NCBI GenBank assembly: GCA_039030515.1
Contig: JBCCEA010000013.1
Location: 38,974 to 102,973, forward strand
DNA length: 64,000 bases
Direction of reading: 5' to 3'
From: Myxococcota bacterium
Lineage (GTDB): Bacteria; Myxococcota_A; Polyangia; Polyangiales; Houyiibacteriaceae
A model generated the notes under the pieces. It was given only the letters and a program-made list of their open reading frames with translations. It did not search any database and was not told where the DNA came from. How positions within the stretch are numbered: the first letter of the stretch is position 1; each line of letters begins with the position of its first letter. A program made the translations under genes and the position numbers. Positions 54,989 through 64,000 of the stretch are shown one piece after another.

Positions 54989-57289
54989 TTGGCGCATGAC
55001 GAGAACATGACTCCTGCCGATCACGACCCTCCCAAGTTGGGAGGGGTAAAGCTCGTGGTGCAGCTGTTCGCATCGATGGCGGTGATCGCTTTGCTGGGTG
55101 TGGCGGGGGCTTCGAGTGTCTCACTTTTTGCGGCACCCTTCGAGCGTGATGCCTATGCGCCGCTGTGGCTCTTGGCTGGGCGCACCCTGTCCGAGGTGGA
55201 GGGACAGAGACGCGCCTATGGTGAGGTTCATTCGGTGCTTTCCGTGGCGTCGACCGTCTATGAGGCCGGGAGTCTGGCGGATGACCCATCTACGGGTGAT
55301 GATTCCGCGCGCGTCTTTTCGCCCCGGTGGCTTGGGGCAGCTGTGAAGGCTGCAGACGGGCTGCGTTCGCTCGTCGTCCTGGATGCGCAAGGGGTTGCCC
55401 AGCGCTTTTCTGGGGATGAGCCAATTCCGAAGGCAGACGCATCCCCTTCAGCCCGCGCCTCGGTGTCTTTAGGGAGTTCACTCACGCGGTCAGCAGCGCG
55501 CCCTGAGACTGGGGCTGTTTCAGAGGCAGCGCTTCGAGCGCAGCGTGGTTTCGCTACCGCATGCGATGGGCGCAAGAAGGGATCCGAAGAACTAGCGCGC
55601 GTGGATGAGGTGCCGGTCCTCGTGGTGGTCCGCGCCATCAATCCGATGCTGGAGGCTTCCCCCTTGCTTTGCGGCGTCTACGCGATTTCCATCCCGCGTT
55701 CGCAGCCATCGAGTCCGCTTGTCTATCTCATCGATTCCTCGGGCAAGGTCTTTGGCAGTTCTGAATCTCCAGAGGATACGGCCCTCTACCACAACGTAGC
55801 CGCGATGCCCTACGAGCTACCTCCCCTGCAGAACACAAGGGTGCAGGGAACGTTTGTGTCCCGCACCGTTGGTTTGGGAGCCGCGGTATTTTTACCCTCA
55901 ACTGAGGATGCGACGGGGATCTTGGTGGTGGCCCCGGAAGACCAGGTTTTCGCAGACGTTCAGGCTAGACTCCGCGCGGCACAGATGTTCGCAGTCGTGC
56001 TTGCTGTTGGGTTGATCGCCGTCTCGTTCGGAGTCTCTCGCCGACTGGCTCGCCCCTTTTCTCGGCTTGCCTGGATCGCCTCGCTGGCTGCTCGAGGGCG
56101 TTTGGGTGACGGGGTTTCCATGAGAGGCCCGCGTGAGGCAAAGGAAGCAGCCCATGCATTTCACAAGCTGCGGCGCGAGCTGGTCTATTTGCGAGATACC
56201 TTCGATCAGCGACTAGAGGATTCCACCGCCGAGCTTCAGCGCCGTATGGGTGATTTTCGCTCGCTGTTTGAATCCGTGACTTCTCTCGTGATCGTCGTGG
56301 ATCCCGATGGGAGGATCCGAGAGGCGAATGCTGAGGCGCTCCGAGTCTACGGTGAAACATGTATTGGTTCCGCCTACGAGGAGGCTGTCGAAGCCGCGAC
56401 CAGTCGGCAAAGCTGTCTTTGGATGACGCTGCAGCGAGGAGTGCCGGCGGAAATGGAGCGCCGGCAGCGGATCGGCGTCGTCGAAGAGGTCGTTCAGGTG
56501 TGTACCTTTCCGATCAAGGTCGAAGGTGAGCTCCAGGGGGCGCTTGAGATCGCTCGGGTGGTTTCCGAAGAGAAAAGAACGATTGCCCGGCGAGAACACA
56601 CGAAGAGGATGGACGCGATCACCATGGTTGCGGGAGGTGTTGCCGACGAGTTGAAGCCAAAGGTGACCTCGGTATTGGCGCAGCTACACCTGCTCCAGAC
56701 CGGCGTCGACCCGGATAGGTTGCGGCGTTCACTCAAGGCGGTGGCGAAAGAAATACAGCGTGTTGCCCGGATGCAGTCCGATCTGGTGATCTTCGCGAGG
56801 CGAGATCGAGATAAAGAAGGAGCGATCGATCTCAACGGCGTTATCGGTGATGTGGTTCGGCTTTTACGCTACCAAGCCCACCTTCGAGGACTGACGGTTG
56901 AGGTAGATTTGGCGCAGCAGCTGCCGGCTCTGCGGATGACCGAGGACCGTCTGCTACGCGTCCTGCTGGAAGTGGGCGGCAACGCTATCGACGCCCTGCC
57001 GCAAAAGGGAACGCTCGTTTTTGCAACCTCTGTCTCAGGCTATGAAGTGACAGTGCGGGTGGCGGATGACGGCCCCGGCATTTCGAACGCAATTCGAAAG
57101 CGGCTGTTCCAGCCCTACGTGACGACCAAAGATGCGCCTCACCTCGGTTTGGGTCTCTTTTTCTGTCGCGAACTCGTCGAAGAAGTCGGTGGGCGTCTCG
57201 AACTCGAGCGCACCGGAGGCAAAGGCACCGTGTTCCGGCTGATCTTTCTTGCCGAGGGCGCGAACATTCAGCCTGCTCCCCTAGTTTGA
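54989..57289 (+). CDS. Membrane sensor histidine kinase-like protein (periplasmic domain, HAMP, PAS, HATPase) lacking the phospho-accepting His
   Basis: Two TM segments, HAMP, PAS (VIVVDPDGRI..AN). The H-box reads AGGVADELKPKV. N (NAIDA), G1 (DDGPGI), F (LFQPYVTTK) and G2 (GLGL) are retained. Confidence 0.85.
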   Translation: MAHDENMTPADHDPPKLGGVKLVVQLFASMAVIALLGVAGASSVSLFAAPFERDAYAPLWLLAGRTLSEVEGQRRAYGEVHSVLSVASTVYEAGSLADDPSTGDDSARVFSPRWLGAAVKAADGLRSLVVLDAQGVAQRFSGDEPIPKADASPSARASVSLGSSLTRSAARPETGAVSEAALRAQRGFATACDGRKKGSEELARVDEVPVLVVVRAINPMLEASPLLCGVYAISIPRSQPSSPLVYLIDSSGKVFGSSESPEDTALYHNVAAMPYELPPLQNTRVQGTFVSRTVGLGAAVFLPSTEDATGILVVAPEDQVFADVQARLRAAQMFAVVLAVGLIAVSFGVSRRLARPFSRLAWIASLAARGRLGDGVSMRGPREAKEAAHAFHKLRRELVYLRDTFDQRLEDSTAELQRRMGDFRSLFESVTSLVIVVDPDGRIREANAEALRVYGETCIGSAYEEAVEAATSRQSCLWMTLQRGVPAEMERRQRIGVVEEVVQVCTFPIKVEGELQGALEIARVVSEEKRTIARREHTKRMDAITMVAGGVADELKPKVTSVLAQLHLLQTGVDPDRLRRSLKAVAKEIQRVARMQSDLVIFARRDRDKEGAIDLNGVIGDVVRLLRYQAHLRGLTVEVDLAQQLPALRMTEDRLLRVLLEVGGNAIDALPQKGTLVFATSVSGYEVTVRVADDGPGISNAIRKRLFQPYVTTKDAPHLGLGLFFCRELVEEVGGRLELERTGGKGTVFRLIFLAEGANIQPAPLV

Positions 57290-57423
57290 GCTGTGGCGCC
57301 GAGCCGCCCCATGGTTTGATACCTCACTCAGTGCGCCTTGCCATGCCTAGTGGGGAGGAGTACGAGCCGCCTCCACGTCTCGCAGTAGCGAGTTTCTCTC
57401 AGACTAGTCGCGAAGGAAGCCCG

Positions 57424-59109
57424 ATGGACAAGGCAAGCCCTATGGACGCTGGACCTGGTAATTTCGTTGCCGAGATCGTCCAGGAAGATGAAGAACGCGA
57501 TCGATTCGGTGGCCGATTCATCACTCGATTTCCTCCTGAGCCCAACGGTTACCTTCACATCGGTCACGCCAAGAGTATCTGTCTGAACTTTGGCCTGGCG
57601 AGTCGATTTGGCGGTCACTGCAATCTCCGTTTTGACGACACGAATCCTGAGGCAGAGTCAATTGAGTACGTCGAAGCGATTCGTCGAGACCTGCAATGGC
57701 TTGGATTTGATCCAGGCAGGCGGGTGTTTTTCGCTTCGTCCTATTTCGAGCAGCTTTATCAATGGGCTGAGCGTCTCGTCACCAAAGGCCTCGCTTACGT
57801 AGACGACCAAAGTGAGGACGAGGTTCGCGCTGCCCGCGGCAATTTCTATGAACAGGGAAAGAACAGCCCATGCCGCGATCGCACACCGGAAGAGAACCTA
57901 AGCCTTCTGCGCCGGATGCGTGCGGGCGAGTTCGACGATGGCGCGCGAGTTTTGCGAGCGAAGATCGATATGCAGAGCAAGGATCTCAAGCTGAGGGATC
58001 CTCTTATGTACCGCATCAAGCACACGACCCATCATCGAACCGGAGACGCGTGGTGCATCTACCCCATGTACGATTGGGCGCACGGTCAGGCAGACGCTCT
58101 AGAAGAAGTGACCCACTCGATTTGCACTCTAGAATTTGTCAACCACCGATCCCTGTACGATTGGTTTCTCGAGGCGCTGGAGGTTCCGCAGCCACCTCGA
58201 CAAATCGAGTTCGCCCGCCTTGCGTTGACCTACGTGGTGACCAGCAAGCGTAAATTGCTGCAGCTCGTTCAGGACGGTCATGTGGAAGGCTGGGACGATC
58301 CGCGCATGCCTACGCTAGCCGGCATGCGGCGACTGGGCATACCGCCTGCGGCGATTCGTGCCTTTTGCGATCGGATCGGGGTGAGTAAGCACAACGCCCT
58401 CGTGGATGTCGCTTTGTTCGAGCACGCGGTACGTGAGTCACTGAACGCAAGCGCTTCAAGACGTATGGGCGTGCTCAAGCCGTTGAAGCTCACGATCGAG
58501 AACTGGCCGGAAGATCACGTAGAGTACTTTGCCCTGCCGAACCATCCCGAAGATCCTGACGCGGGCGTTCGCCATGTCCCCTTTGGCAAACATCTCTGGG
58601 TGGAGCAGGACGATTTCCAAAAAGAGCCGCCGAAGAAGTGGTTTCGATTGGCTGAAGGGCGAGAGGTTCGGCTTCGGGGAGCATGCCTTGTGACTTGTAA
58701 CGAGGTGATCGAGGACGAATCGGGCTGCCCGATCGAACTCGTGTGCACTTGGGATCCGGATTCTCGCGGGGGTGATGCTTCCGACGGTCGTCGCGTTCGC
58801 GGAACGCTGCACTGGGTGAGTGCGTCCCATGCGCTGGACGCTACCGTACGTCTCTACGACAGGCTCTTCCGCGTCGAAGATCCGACGGCGGCCGAACACT
58901 TTGTCGAACATCTGAACCCGGAAAGCTGTGTTGTCATCAGAGGTTGCAAGCTCGAGCCGGCTTTGCTGGAAGCGACCGCTGGAGAGCCCATCCAGTTTGA
59001 ACGCCTCGGCTACTTTACACCTGATCCTGAGAGCAAGGCGGCGGGACTCTTATTTAATCGGACCATCTCACTCAAGGATTCCTGGGCACGCTCTCAGAAG
59101 AAATCCTGA
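57424..59109 (+). CDS. glnS: Glutamine--tRNA ligase
   Basis: TRFPPEPNGYLHIGHAKS (HIGH), LRFDDTNP, YPMYDWAH, TSKRKL, GWDDPRMPT, QFERLGYF. Start set at ATG 57424. Confidence 0.96.
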   Translation: MDKASPMDAGPGNFVAEIVQEDEERDRFGGRFITRFPPEPNGYLHIGHAKSICLNFGLASRFGGHCNLRFDDTNPEAESIEYVEAIRRDLQWLGFDPGRRVFFASSYFEQLYQWAERLVTKGLAYVDDQSEDEVRAARGNFYEQGKNSPCRDRTPEENLSLLRRMRAGEFDDGARVLRAKIDMQSKDLKLRDPLMYRIKHTTHHRTGDAWCIYPMYDWAHGQADALEEVTHSICTLEFVNHRSLYDWFLEALEVPQPPRQIEFARLALTYVVTSKRKLLQLVQDGHVEGWDDPRMPTLAGMRRLGIPPAAIRAFCDRIGVSKHNALVDVALFEHAVRESLNASASRRMGVLKPLKLTIENWPEDHVEYFALPNHPEDPDAGVRHVPFGKHLWVEQDDFQKEPPKKWFRLAEGREVRLRGACLVTCNEVIEDESGCPIELVCTWDPDSRGGDASDGRRVRGTLHWVSASHALDATVRLYDRLFRVEDPTAAEHFVEHLNPESCVVIRGCKLEPALLEATAGEPIQFERLGYFTPDPESKAAGLLFNRTISLKDSWARSQKKS

Positions 59110-59364
59110 TCTTTCGCGATTTACGGAGGCCTCAGAGATCACGCTTGTCCTCCGGGTATGCCGATGCAAGCGTGAAATTTCCTGAATTTGATTTTTCACA
59201 CTGTGTACGAATCGGCACACAATATTACGGCATAGATTCGAGGGCGCTGTAAAACACTGCAGAGAGTGCTCCGACATTCCTCGCTTTAACCGCTCGAGGC
59301 ACGTTTTTATCCTAAGTTTACGGGTATCGATCGGAATGGTCCGTAGGTTGCTGAGGCGACGCTC

Positions 59365-59616
59365 ATGACGGACGATGTAATTTTGGAGCAAACGCGCGTC
59401 GTGATCGAAGAGATCGCCGAGCGTGAGTTGCCGGCCCTGAACCGTGCGACCGATATCGCCTCACTCGGTCTGGATTCACTTCAGGTACTCGAACTCGTGG
59501 GCACCATGGAGCGGCAGCTCCGAGTGCAGATTCATGATGAACAACTGGCGGGAATGACTACGGTTGGCGACTTTATCCGTCTCCTCATTCCAGTTGTGGA
59601 CGTTCCTTCAGGCTGA
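59365..59616 (+). CDS. Acyl carrier protein
   Basis: 83 aa, acidic, LGLDSL phosphopantetheine site, TTVGD. Confidence 0.85.
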   Translation: MTDDVILEQTRVVIEEIAERELPALNRATDIASLGLDSLQVLELVGTMERQLRVQIHDEQLAGMTTVGDFIRLLIPVVDVPSG

Positions 59617-59876
59617 ACTAGTCCCTCAGGCTGAACCGGCTTTTTCTTCGTAGATCCAGCTGTTTATGAGGCAACTGGAGTCTTGGTTTTCGGTGAGCGT
59701 ACGACGTTGACCGCGGATGGTTATGCCTGTGCACCTCAGCCTACTTGAGGCGCTTCTACCACTCGCCCCGGGTCTGCTATGCTCGTCCCCATGCGGCAAA
59801 AAAATGGACGGAACGTCTCTTTGGTTGTTCGTCAGCACAAGCGCAGCATGGATCCCGCGACCATAGTCTGAAGCCT

Positions 59877-61274
59877 ATGACTGAGGTAGATCAGACAGCG
59901 AGCATCGCTGAAAGGCTTGAGTTACTTCTTTCTACCATCGAGGGAGGAGAGCGGGTCCTCATCTGCACCCACGACAACCCAGATCCCGATTCGATCGCCT
60001 CCGCATTGGCGCTTGGTGTGTTGCTCCGCGAAACAAAGGCCTGCTCCTTCACGCTGACGTATGGAGGCGTACTCGGCAGAGCGGAAAACAGGGCCATGGT
60101 GCGTTTGCTCAAGATTCCTCTGATCCCCATACGACGCATCCGACTTGAGGAGTTTGATGCGGTCGCTTTGGTCGATACGCAGCCGGAGGTGGGCAATCAC
60201 GCGCTGCGTCCGGAGCTGGTCGACGGCAAAAAGATGCTTTGTATCGATCACCATTTTGCGAGGCCTCTGAGTAAAGAGGCGGACTACGCTGATGTGGGAG
60301 GCGCATTTGGCGCTACCTGCTCGCTGTTGACCCACTACCTACATGCCGCCGGCGTGACGCCGGATCAAACCTTGGCGACGGCGCTTTTCTACGGCGTGAA
60401 AAGCGATACGCGAGATCTCGGACGTGAGGTCTCTGCAGACGATGTATGGGCCTACAGTCATCTGGTTCCTCTGTGCGATATGCCGACGGTGTCGGCGATC
60501 GAACACCCCAGGCTTCCGCGACCTTATTTCAGCGTACTATCGCGAGCCATCCTTCGTGCAGAAGTGACAGGAAACGTGGTCACTTGTGATCTAGGTGAAG
60601 TCTATGTTCCGGATCTGGTGGCGGAAACCGCGGACAGCCTTTCGAGGGCCGAGGGGATTCGTTGGGCCATGGTTCTGGGCGAATTCGAAGGTGCGCTTTA
60701 CTTGTCAATACGCGTCAACGATCGGCGATACTCCGCGGGAAAACTCGTGCGTGAGTTGATCAAACTCTATCCGGAAGGGAGCGCCGGTGGTCATGGGAGT
60801 ATGGCTGGAGCGCGCATCCCTTACGGTCCCCGCGTCAAGACGGATCAGGGGAAGGTGAGGGCGCGAAAAAAACTGTTGCGCACCTTGGTGCTGTCGACTG
60901 GGATCGATGCCGACACCCGATCGCTTCCGCTTGTAGGGCACGAAGAGTCGAGTGCCTCCCTCGAAAGCGGGGTGAGAAAGCCAGAACCAGGACGGGTATC
61001 TGAGGAGGAAGGTCGCGCGCGCTCTTCGTCTGGCGAAGAATCGAATGGAAGCAGTCTGCAACCAAAGCCAGATGCGGTTGCAGCGAAATCTGCGGCTTTG
61101 AAGCTGGCACCCTCAAAAGGTAGCGGTCTGAAAGCTTCCGGTTACAAACACAACGAAGCCGAGAAACGTATGCCGATCGCCGCGCCTCCAAACCACCGAA
61201 TCAAGCTTCGGCAGAAGTCTGATGTGCAGGTGGATGTTGGCGAGGTTGGGGTTCGACAACGATCCGAAACGTAA
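59877..61274 (+). CDS. DHH-family phosphoesterase (NrnA-like) with low-complexity C-terminal extension
   Basis: HDNPDPD, LVDTQ, IDHH, GVKSDT, SAGGHGSMAG. Start set at ATG 59877. Confidence 0.9.
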   Translation: MTEVDQTASIAERLELLLSTIEGGERVLICTHDNPDPDSIASALALGVLLRETKACSFTLTYGGVLGRAENRAMVRLLKIPLIPIRRIRLEEFDAVALVDTQPEVGNHALRPELVDGKKMLCIDHHFARPLSKEADYADVGGAFGATCSLLTHYLHAAGVTPDQTLATALFYGVKSDTRDLGREVSADDVWAYSHLVPLCDMPTVSAIEHPRLPRPYFSVLSRAILRAEVTGNVVTCDLGEVYVPDLVAETADSLSRAEGIRWAMVLGEFEGALYLSIRVNDRRYSAGKLVRELIKLYPEGSAGGHGSMAGARIPYGPRVKTDQGKVRARKKLLRTLVLSTGIDADTRSLPLVGHEESSASLESGVRKPEPGRVSEEEGRARSSSGEESNGSSLQPKPDAVAAKSAALKLAPSKGSGLKASGYKHNEAEKRMPIAAPPNHRIKLRQKSDVQVDVGEVGVRQRSET

Positions 61275-61914
61275 GATTGAGTCGAGGTCCAACTCGCTGC
61301 TTTGTTTTCGGCACAGCATGCACGAACTCGATCTGGGTAGCGCCGCCCATGACAAGCAGTGAACCGTTTCCGAGCCTCATCTCGTAGTTCACCGTTTTGT
61401 CCCGTGTTCTCAGGAGAAACCTTCGAGGTGAACCGAGGGACAGTGATGCGATGAGCACGTTGTCCGGCGCAGAGGGACCTAGTTCGGGCTCCTTGTCCGC
61501 ATGTTCTCCCATCGAGTCGTTCCCGTCTCGGTAGTAATTGACTAGGACGCTGTTGAACTGAATGCGGGTGTGGCTTTCGACACGTTCTCGCAGTTCTGAG
61601 AGTGCTGAGGTCCACGGTTTTGGAGAGAATCGCCGGCCGGAGTAGCTATAGCTACAGCCAGGTTCGCCGTACCATCCGGTTAGCCTCGGAGTCTGTACCT
61701 CCCTGCCAAATATGCGCAGTTTTTCTTGGTTCAGGCTCGTTTCCTCGAGCACTCTCGACCAGTAACGTTCATCTATCTCCAGCTGTAGAAGCTCTACCCA
61801 GGAGCGATTGGTTAGATGATGACGGCCGAGCGCAAGGCAAGTTAATTGCCGCCTCGATGTTGTTCGTCGCGACGGGGCAGGTTCTAGATTCGCTCTAAGC
61901 GGTTTCGAGCTCAT
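61201..61914 (-). CDS. alkB: AlkB-family 2-oxoglutarate/Fe(II) dioxygenase (ALKBH2/3-like)
   Basis: [28 protein letters not shown] (HxD), IASLSLG, HAVPK, RLNLTFR. Confidence 0.9.
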   Translation of the reverse strand: MSSKPLRANLEPAPSRRTTSRRQLTCLALGRHHLTNRSWVELLQLEIDERYWSRVLEETSLNQEKLRIFGREVQTPRLTGWYGEPGCSYSYSGRRFSPKPWTSALSELRERVESHTRIQFNSVLVNYYRDGNDSMGEHADKEPELGPSAPDNVLIASLSLGSPRRFLLRTRDKTVNYEMRLGNGSLLVMGGATQIEFVHAVPKTKQRVGPRLNLTFRIVVEPQPRQHPPAHQTSAEA

Positions 61915-62572
61915 TCGCTATCTCTGTGGGGGTTTTGCAGGATCGACCATCCGAGACCCCTGTGCCGCCAAGGCCGCAATATCCGCCTGGGTTCTTAGCA
62001 AGGTACTGCTGGTGGTAGTCCTCGGCATAATAGAACTCAGGTGCGTCGAGAATCTCGGTGGTGATAAGCCCGTACCCGGCCTCGCGAAGCCGGGCCTGGT
62101 ATTCGGCTTTGGAGATTTCGGCTTCACTTCTTTGCGCTGCGGAATGCACATAGATTCCAGATCGATATTGGGTTCCGATGTCGTGACCCTGGCGCATTCC
62201 CTGCGTGGGATTATGGCTCTGCCAGAACGTAGAGAGCAGGCTGCGATAGGAAATTTTCGCCGGATCGTACACCACCTGCACCACCTCGTTGTGCCCGGTG
62301 AATCCAGAGCAAACCTCCCGGTAATTTGGGTTCAGCGTGGTTCCACCCGCGTAGCCTACTGCGGTCGTGTGCACCCCACTTAGCTGCCAGAATTTCTTTT
62401 CGGCTCCCCAAAAACAGCCCATACCAAAAAGGGCCAGCTCCATTTCTAGCCAGGGTGGATACATTGTACTTCCGTTCACAAAGTGGCTGGCAGAGACTCT
62501 TATCGGGGCATTCCGGCCCGGCGGCGCTTCGCCCGGAGTCGGCATTCGAGAGGGCTTTTTGGAAGAAAACAT
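61895..62572 (-). CDS. msrA: Peptide-methionine (S)-S-oxide reductase
   Basis: [45 protein letters not shown]. Confidence 0.97.
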   Translation of the reverse strand: MFSSKKPSRMPTPGEAPPGRNAPIRVSASHFVNGSTMYPPWLEMELALFGMGCFWGAEKKFWQLSGVHTTAVGYAGGTTLNPNYREVCSGFTGHNEVVQVVYDPAKISYRSLLSTFWQSHNPTQGMRQGHDIGTQYRSGIYVHSAAQRSEAEISKAEYQARLREAGYGLITTEILDAPEFYYAEDYHQQYLAKNPGGYCGLGGTGVSDGRSCKTPTEIANELETA

Positions 62573-62682
62573 GCCTCTACCTTAGAGTCGCTTGACGGTC
62601 TTCGAAAGTGCAGTGACCCCGATTGGAGTTGCTTTATCCATCGCTTCCCCTTCATCGAGGGTAGGAGCCGCCGATTTTACTG

Positions 62683-63603
62683 TTGGTGGCCACAGAGCAT
62701 ATCGTCGGTGGCGTTTGGAACGACCGGGACGATCTTTGCCCAGAATTTCCTTCGGCACAGCAGATGTCTCGCTTGATACGAAGAGGTTTTGGGCTGAGGA
62801 AGTACCGGGTTCCCCGACTACCGAAAATCGCCGCCCGGCTGCTCGACATCAGTTCATCTGACGATGCAAGTTTTGAAGAGCTGGCCCGCCTCATCGAACA
62901 GGACGTGATGATCGCGGGTGAAGTGATGCGGGTAGTCAAGTCTCCTACCTACAATCGGGGAGTCGAGGTCACTTCGATCGAGCAAGCGATCGCTCGTCTG
63001 GGAATATCTACTTTGCGGGACATCGTCGCCGAGGCCGCGTTGGAGATGTGCGTTTTTTCGAGTCCCGACTACTTCGCGCTGATGGACCGGCTTCGTGTTC
63101 ACGGTGCAGCCACCGCCCATGCAGCCCGTGCGATAAACGAGTACTTGGGGGTCGGCTACAACTTTGCATTTTTGGGCGGTCTGTTTCACGACGTGGGCAT
63201 TGCCGCTGCCCTCTTGCTTCTGTCTGCGGCGTATCCAGATCGATCCATGGATCCCTCTGTCCTCTGGGCCGAATTGAATAGGATTCACGAGCAGACCAGC
63301 TGGCATGTCGCAAATCAGTGGGACCTGCCCAAAGGCATTCTCAACGCGGTTCGGTATCATCATTCGCCGCAGCAGTGCCCGGACAAGCCGCAACAACCGG
63401 CGGTCATCTGCGTGGCCGAACGTCTTGCTCAAGATGCCGGCGCAGGTTTCGCAGATCTCGACGTCCGCGGGGAAGATGGCTGCATACCGGACCACGTAGA
63501 CGAAGAGAGCTTCATCGCTGCATGCGACATTCTCAAGCTGTCACGTGCCGACTTTGCCGCGTTGCGGGAGTCGACTTCTGCGTCCATCGCCACAATAGTC
63601 TAG
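62683..63603 (+). CDS. HDOD-domain protein
   Basis: PRLP..AARLL, IEQD, SIEQAIARLG, AFLGGLFHDVG, WDLP....NAVRYHH. Confidence 0.9.
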   Translation: MVATEHIVGGVWNDRDDLCPEFPSAQQMSRLIRRGFGLRKYRVPRLPKIAARLLDISSSDDASFEELARLIEQDVMIAGEVMRVVKSPTYNRGVEVTSIEQAIARLGISTLRDIVAEAALEMCVFSSPDYFALMDRLRVHGAATAHAARAINEYLGVGYNFAFLGGLFHDVGIAAALLLLSAAYPDRSMDPSVLWAELNRIHEQTSWHVANQWDLPKGILNAVRYHHSPQQCPDKPQQPAVICVAERLAQDAGAGFADLDVRGEDGCIPDHVDEESFIAACDILKLSRADFAALRESTSASIATIV

Positions 63604-64000
63604 AGCGCGCCTCGCTAGGCCTGAACAGCCGCTTACCTCCCATGCTCGGAGCTCGAAGTATCAGACATACTCCTTCGCCCCTGCGCGTGCGGGGCGCTGG
63701 CTGTTCAAACCTATCGAGACGCGCTCCAGCCCGCCTCGCTAGGCCTGAACGGCCGCTTTCCTCCCATGCTCGGAGCTCGAAGTATCAGACATACTCCTTC
63801 GCCCCTGCGCGTGCGGGGCGCTGGCCGTTCAAACCCATGGAGACGCGCTCCAGCGGGCCTATGTCGGCCTGAACGGCCGCTTCCTCCCATGCTCGGAGCT
63901 CGAAGTATCAGACATACTCCTTCGCCCCTGCGCGTGCGGGGCGCTGGCCGTTCAAACCCATGGAGACGCGCTCCAGCGGGCCTATGTCGGCCTGAACGGC
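63600..64000. repeat. Tandem array of ~124-bp palindromic (MITE/ERIC/RPE-like) elements; at least 3 full units plus a partial fourth, truncated by the window end
   Basis: The anchor GGCCTGAAC recurs at 63618, 63742, 63866 and 63989. Unit 1 has ~31-bp imperfect terminal inverted repeats (CTAGAGCGCG...CGCGCTCCAG). Confidence 0.92.

Noticed and set aside
57286..57423. glnS N-terminal extension or a leader RNA (T-box-like)
   Set aside because: No conserved GlnRS sequence before ATG 57424, and no T-box motif or terminator is visible.
39169..59616. Secondary-metabolite gene cluster (PPTase, ABM, P450, ACP)
   Set aside because: The genes are scattered over 20 kb among housekeeping genes, with no PKS, NRPS or RiPP core gene.
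63318..63872. 184-aa ORF reading into the repeat array
   Set aside because: It overlaps the HDOD gene out of frame and its C-terminus is just translated repeat. No protein motif.
63600..64000. CRISPR array
   Set aside because: The units are ~124 bp and almost entirely conserved, with no unique spacers (the last two junctions are identical). No cas genes are in the window.

Overview
This is a gene-dense bacterial chromosome segment, most likely from a myxobacterium (Myxococcota, Polyangiales-like). That assignment is inferred from MYXO-CTERM-like tails, TSP3/OmpA barrel proteins, FHA/PP2C/Ser-Thr signalling genes and the T2SS layout. Its core is a minus-strand type II secretion operon (gspC-D-E-F-G'-G-H-I-J-K-L-M-N, 15.2-29.8 kb). 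A sigma-54 enhancer-binding response regulator lies directly upstream, and arsC-like, rpoH and rsmI genes lie downstream. Other content includes two OmpA-family barrel proteins, an MBOAT/SGNH O-acetylation pair, ftsH, lon, glnS, msrA, an AlkB-family gene, a P450 and several signalling genes. I saw no rRNA, tRNA, CRISPR array, transposase or prophage genes. The most notable observations are: (1) a tandem array of ~124-bp palindromic elements with a compensatory base change, running off the right end of the window; (2) a readable sigma-54 promoter and paired GACA-N3-TGTC sites, which suggest the adjacent regulator controls both the T2SS and itself; (3) a divergent His-rich protein / His-Asp-tailed lipoprotein pair around a Zur-like palindrome; (4) three catalytically degenerate kinases: a histidine kinase with the His but no ATP site, one with the ATP site but no His (next to a PilZ gene), and a Ser/Thr pseudokinase. 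All calls come from reading motifs by eye; no database searches were run.
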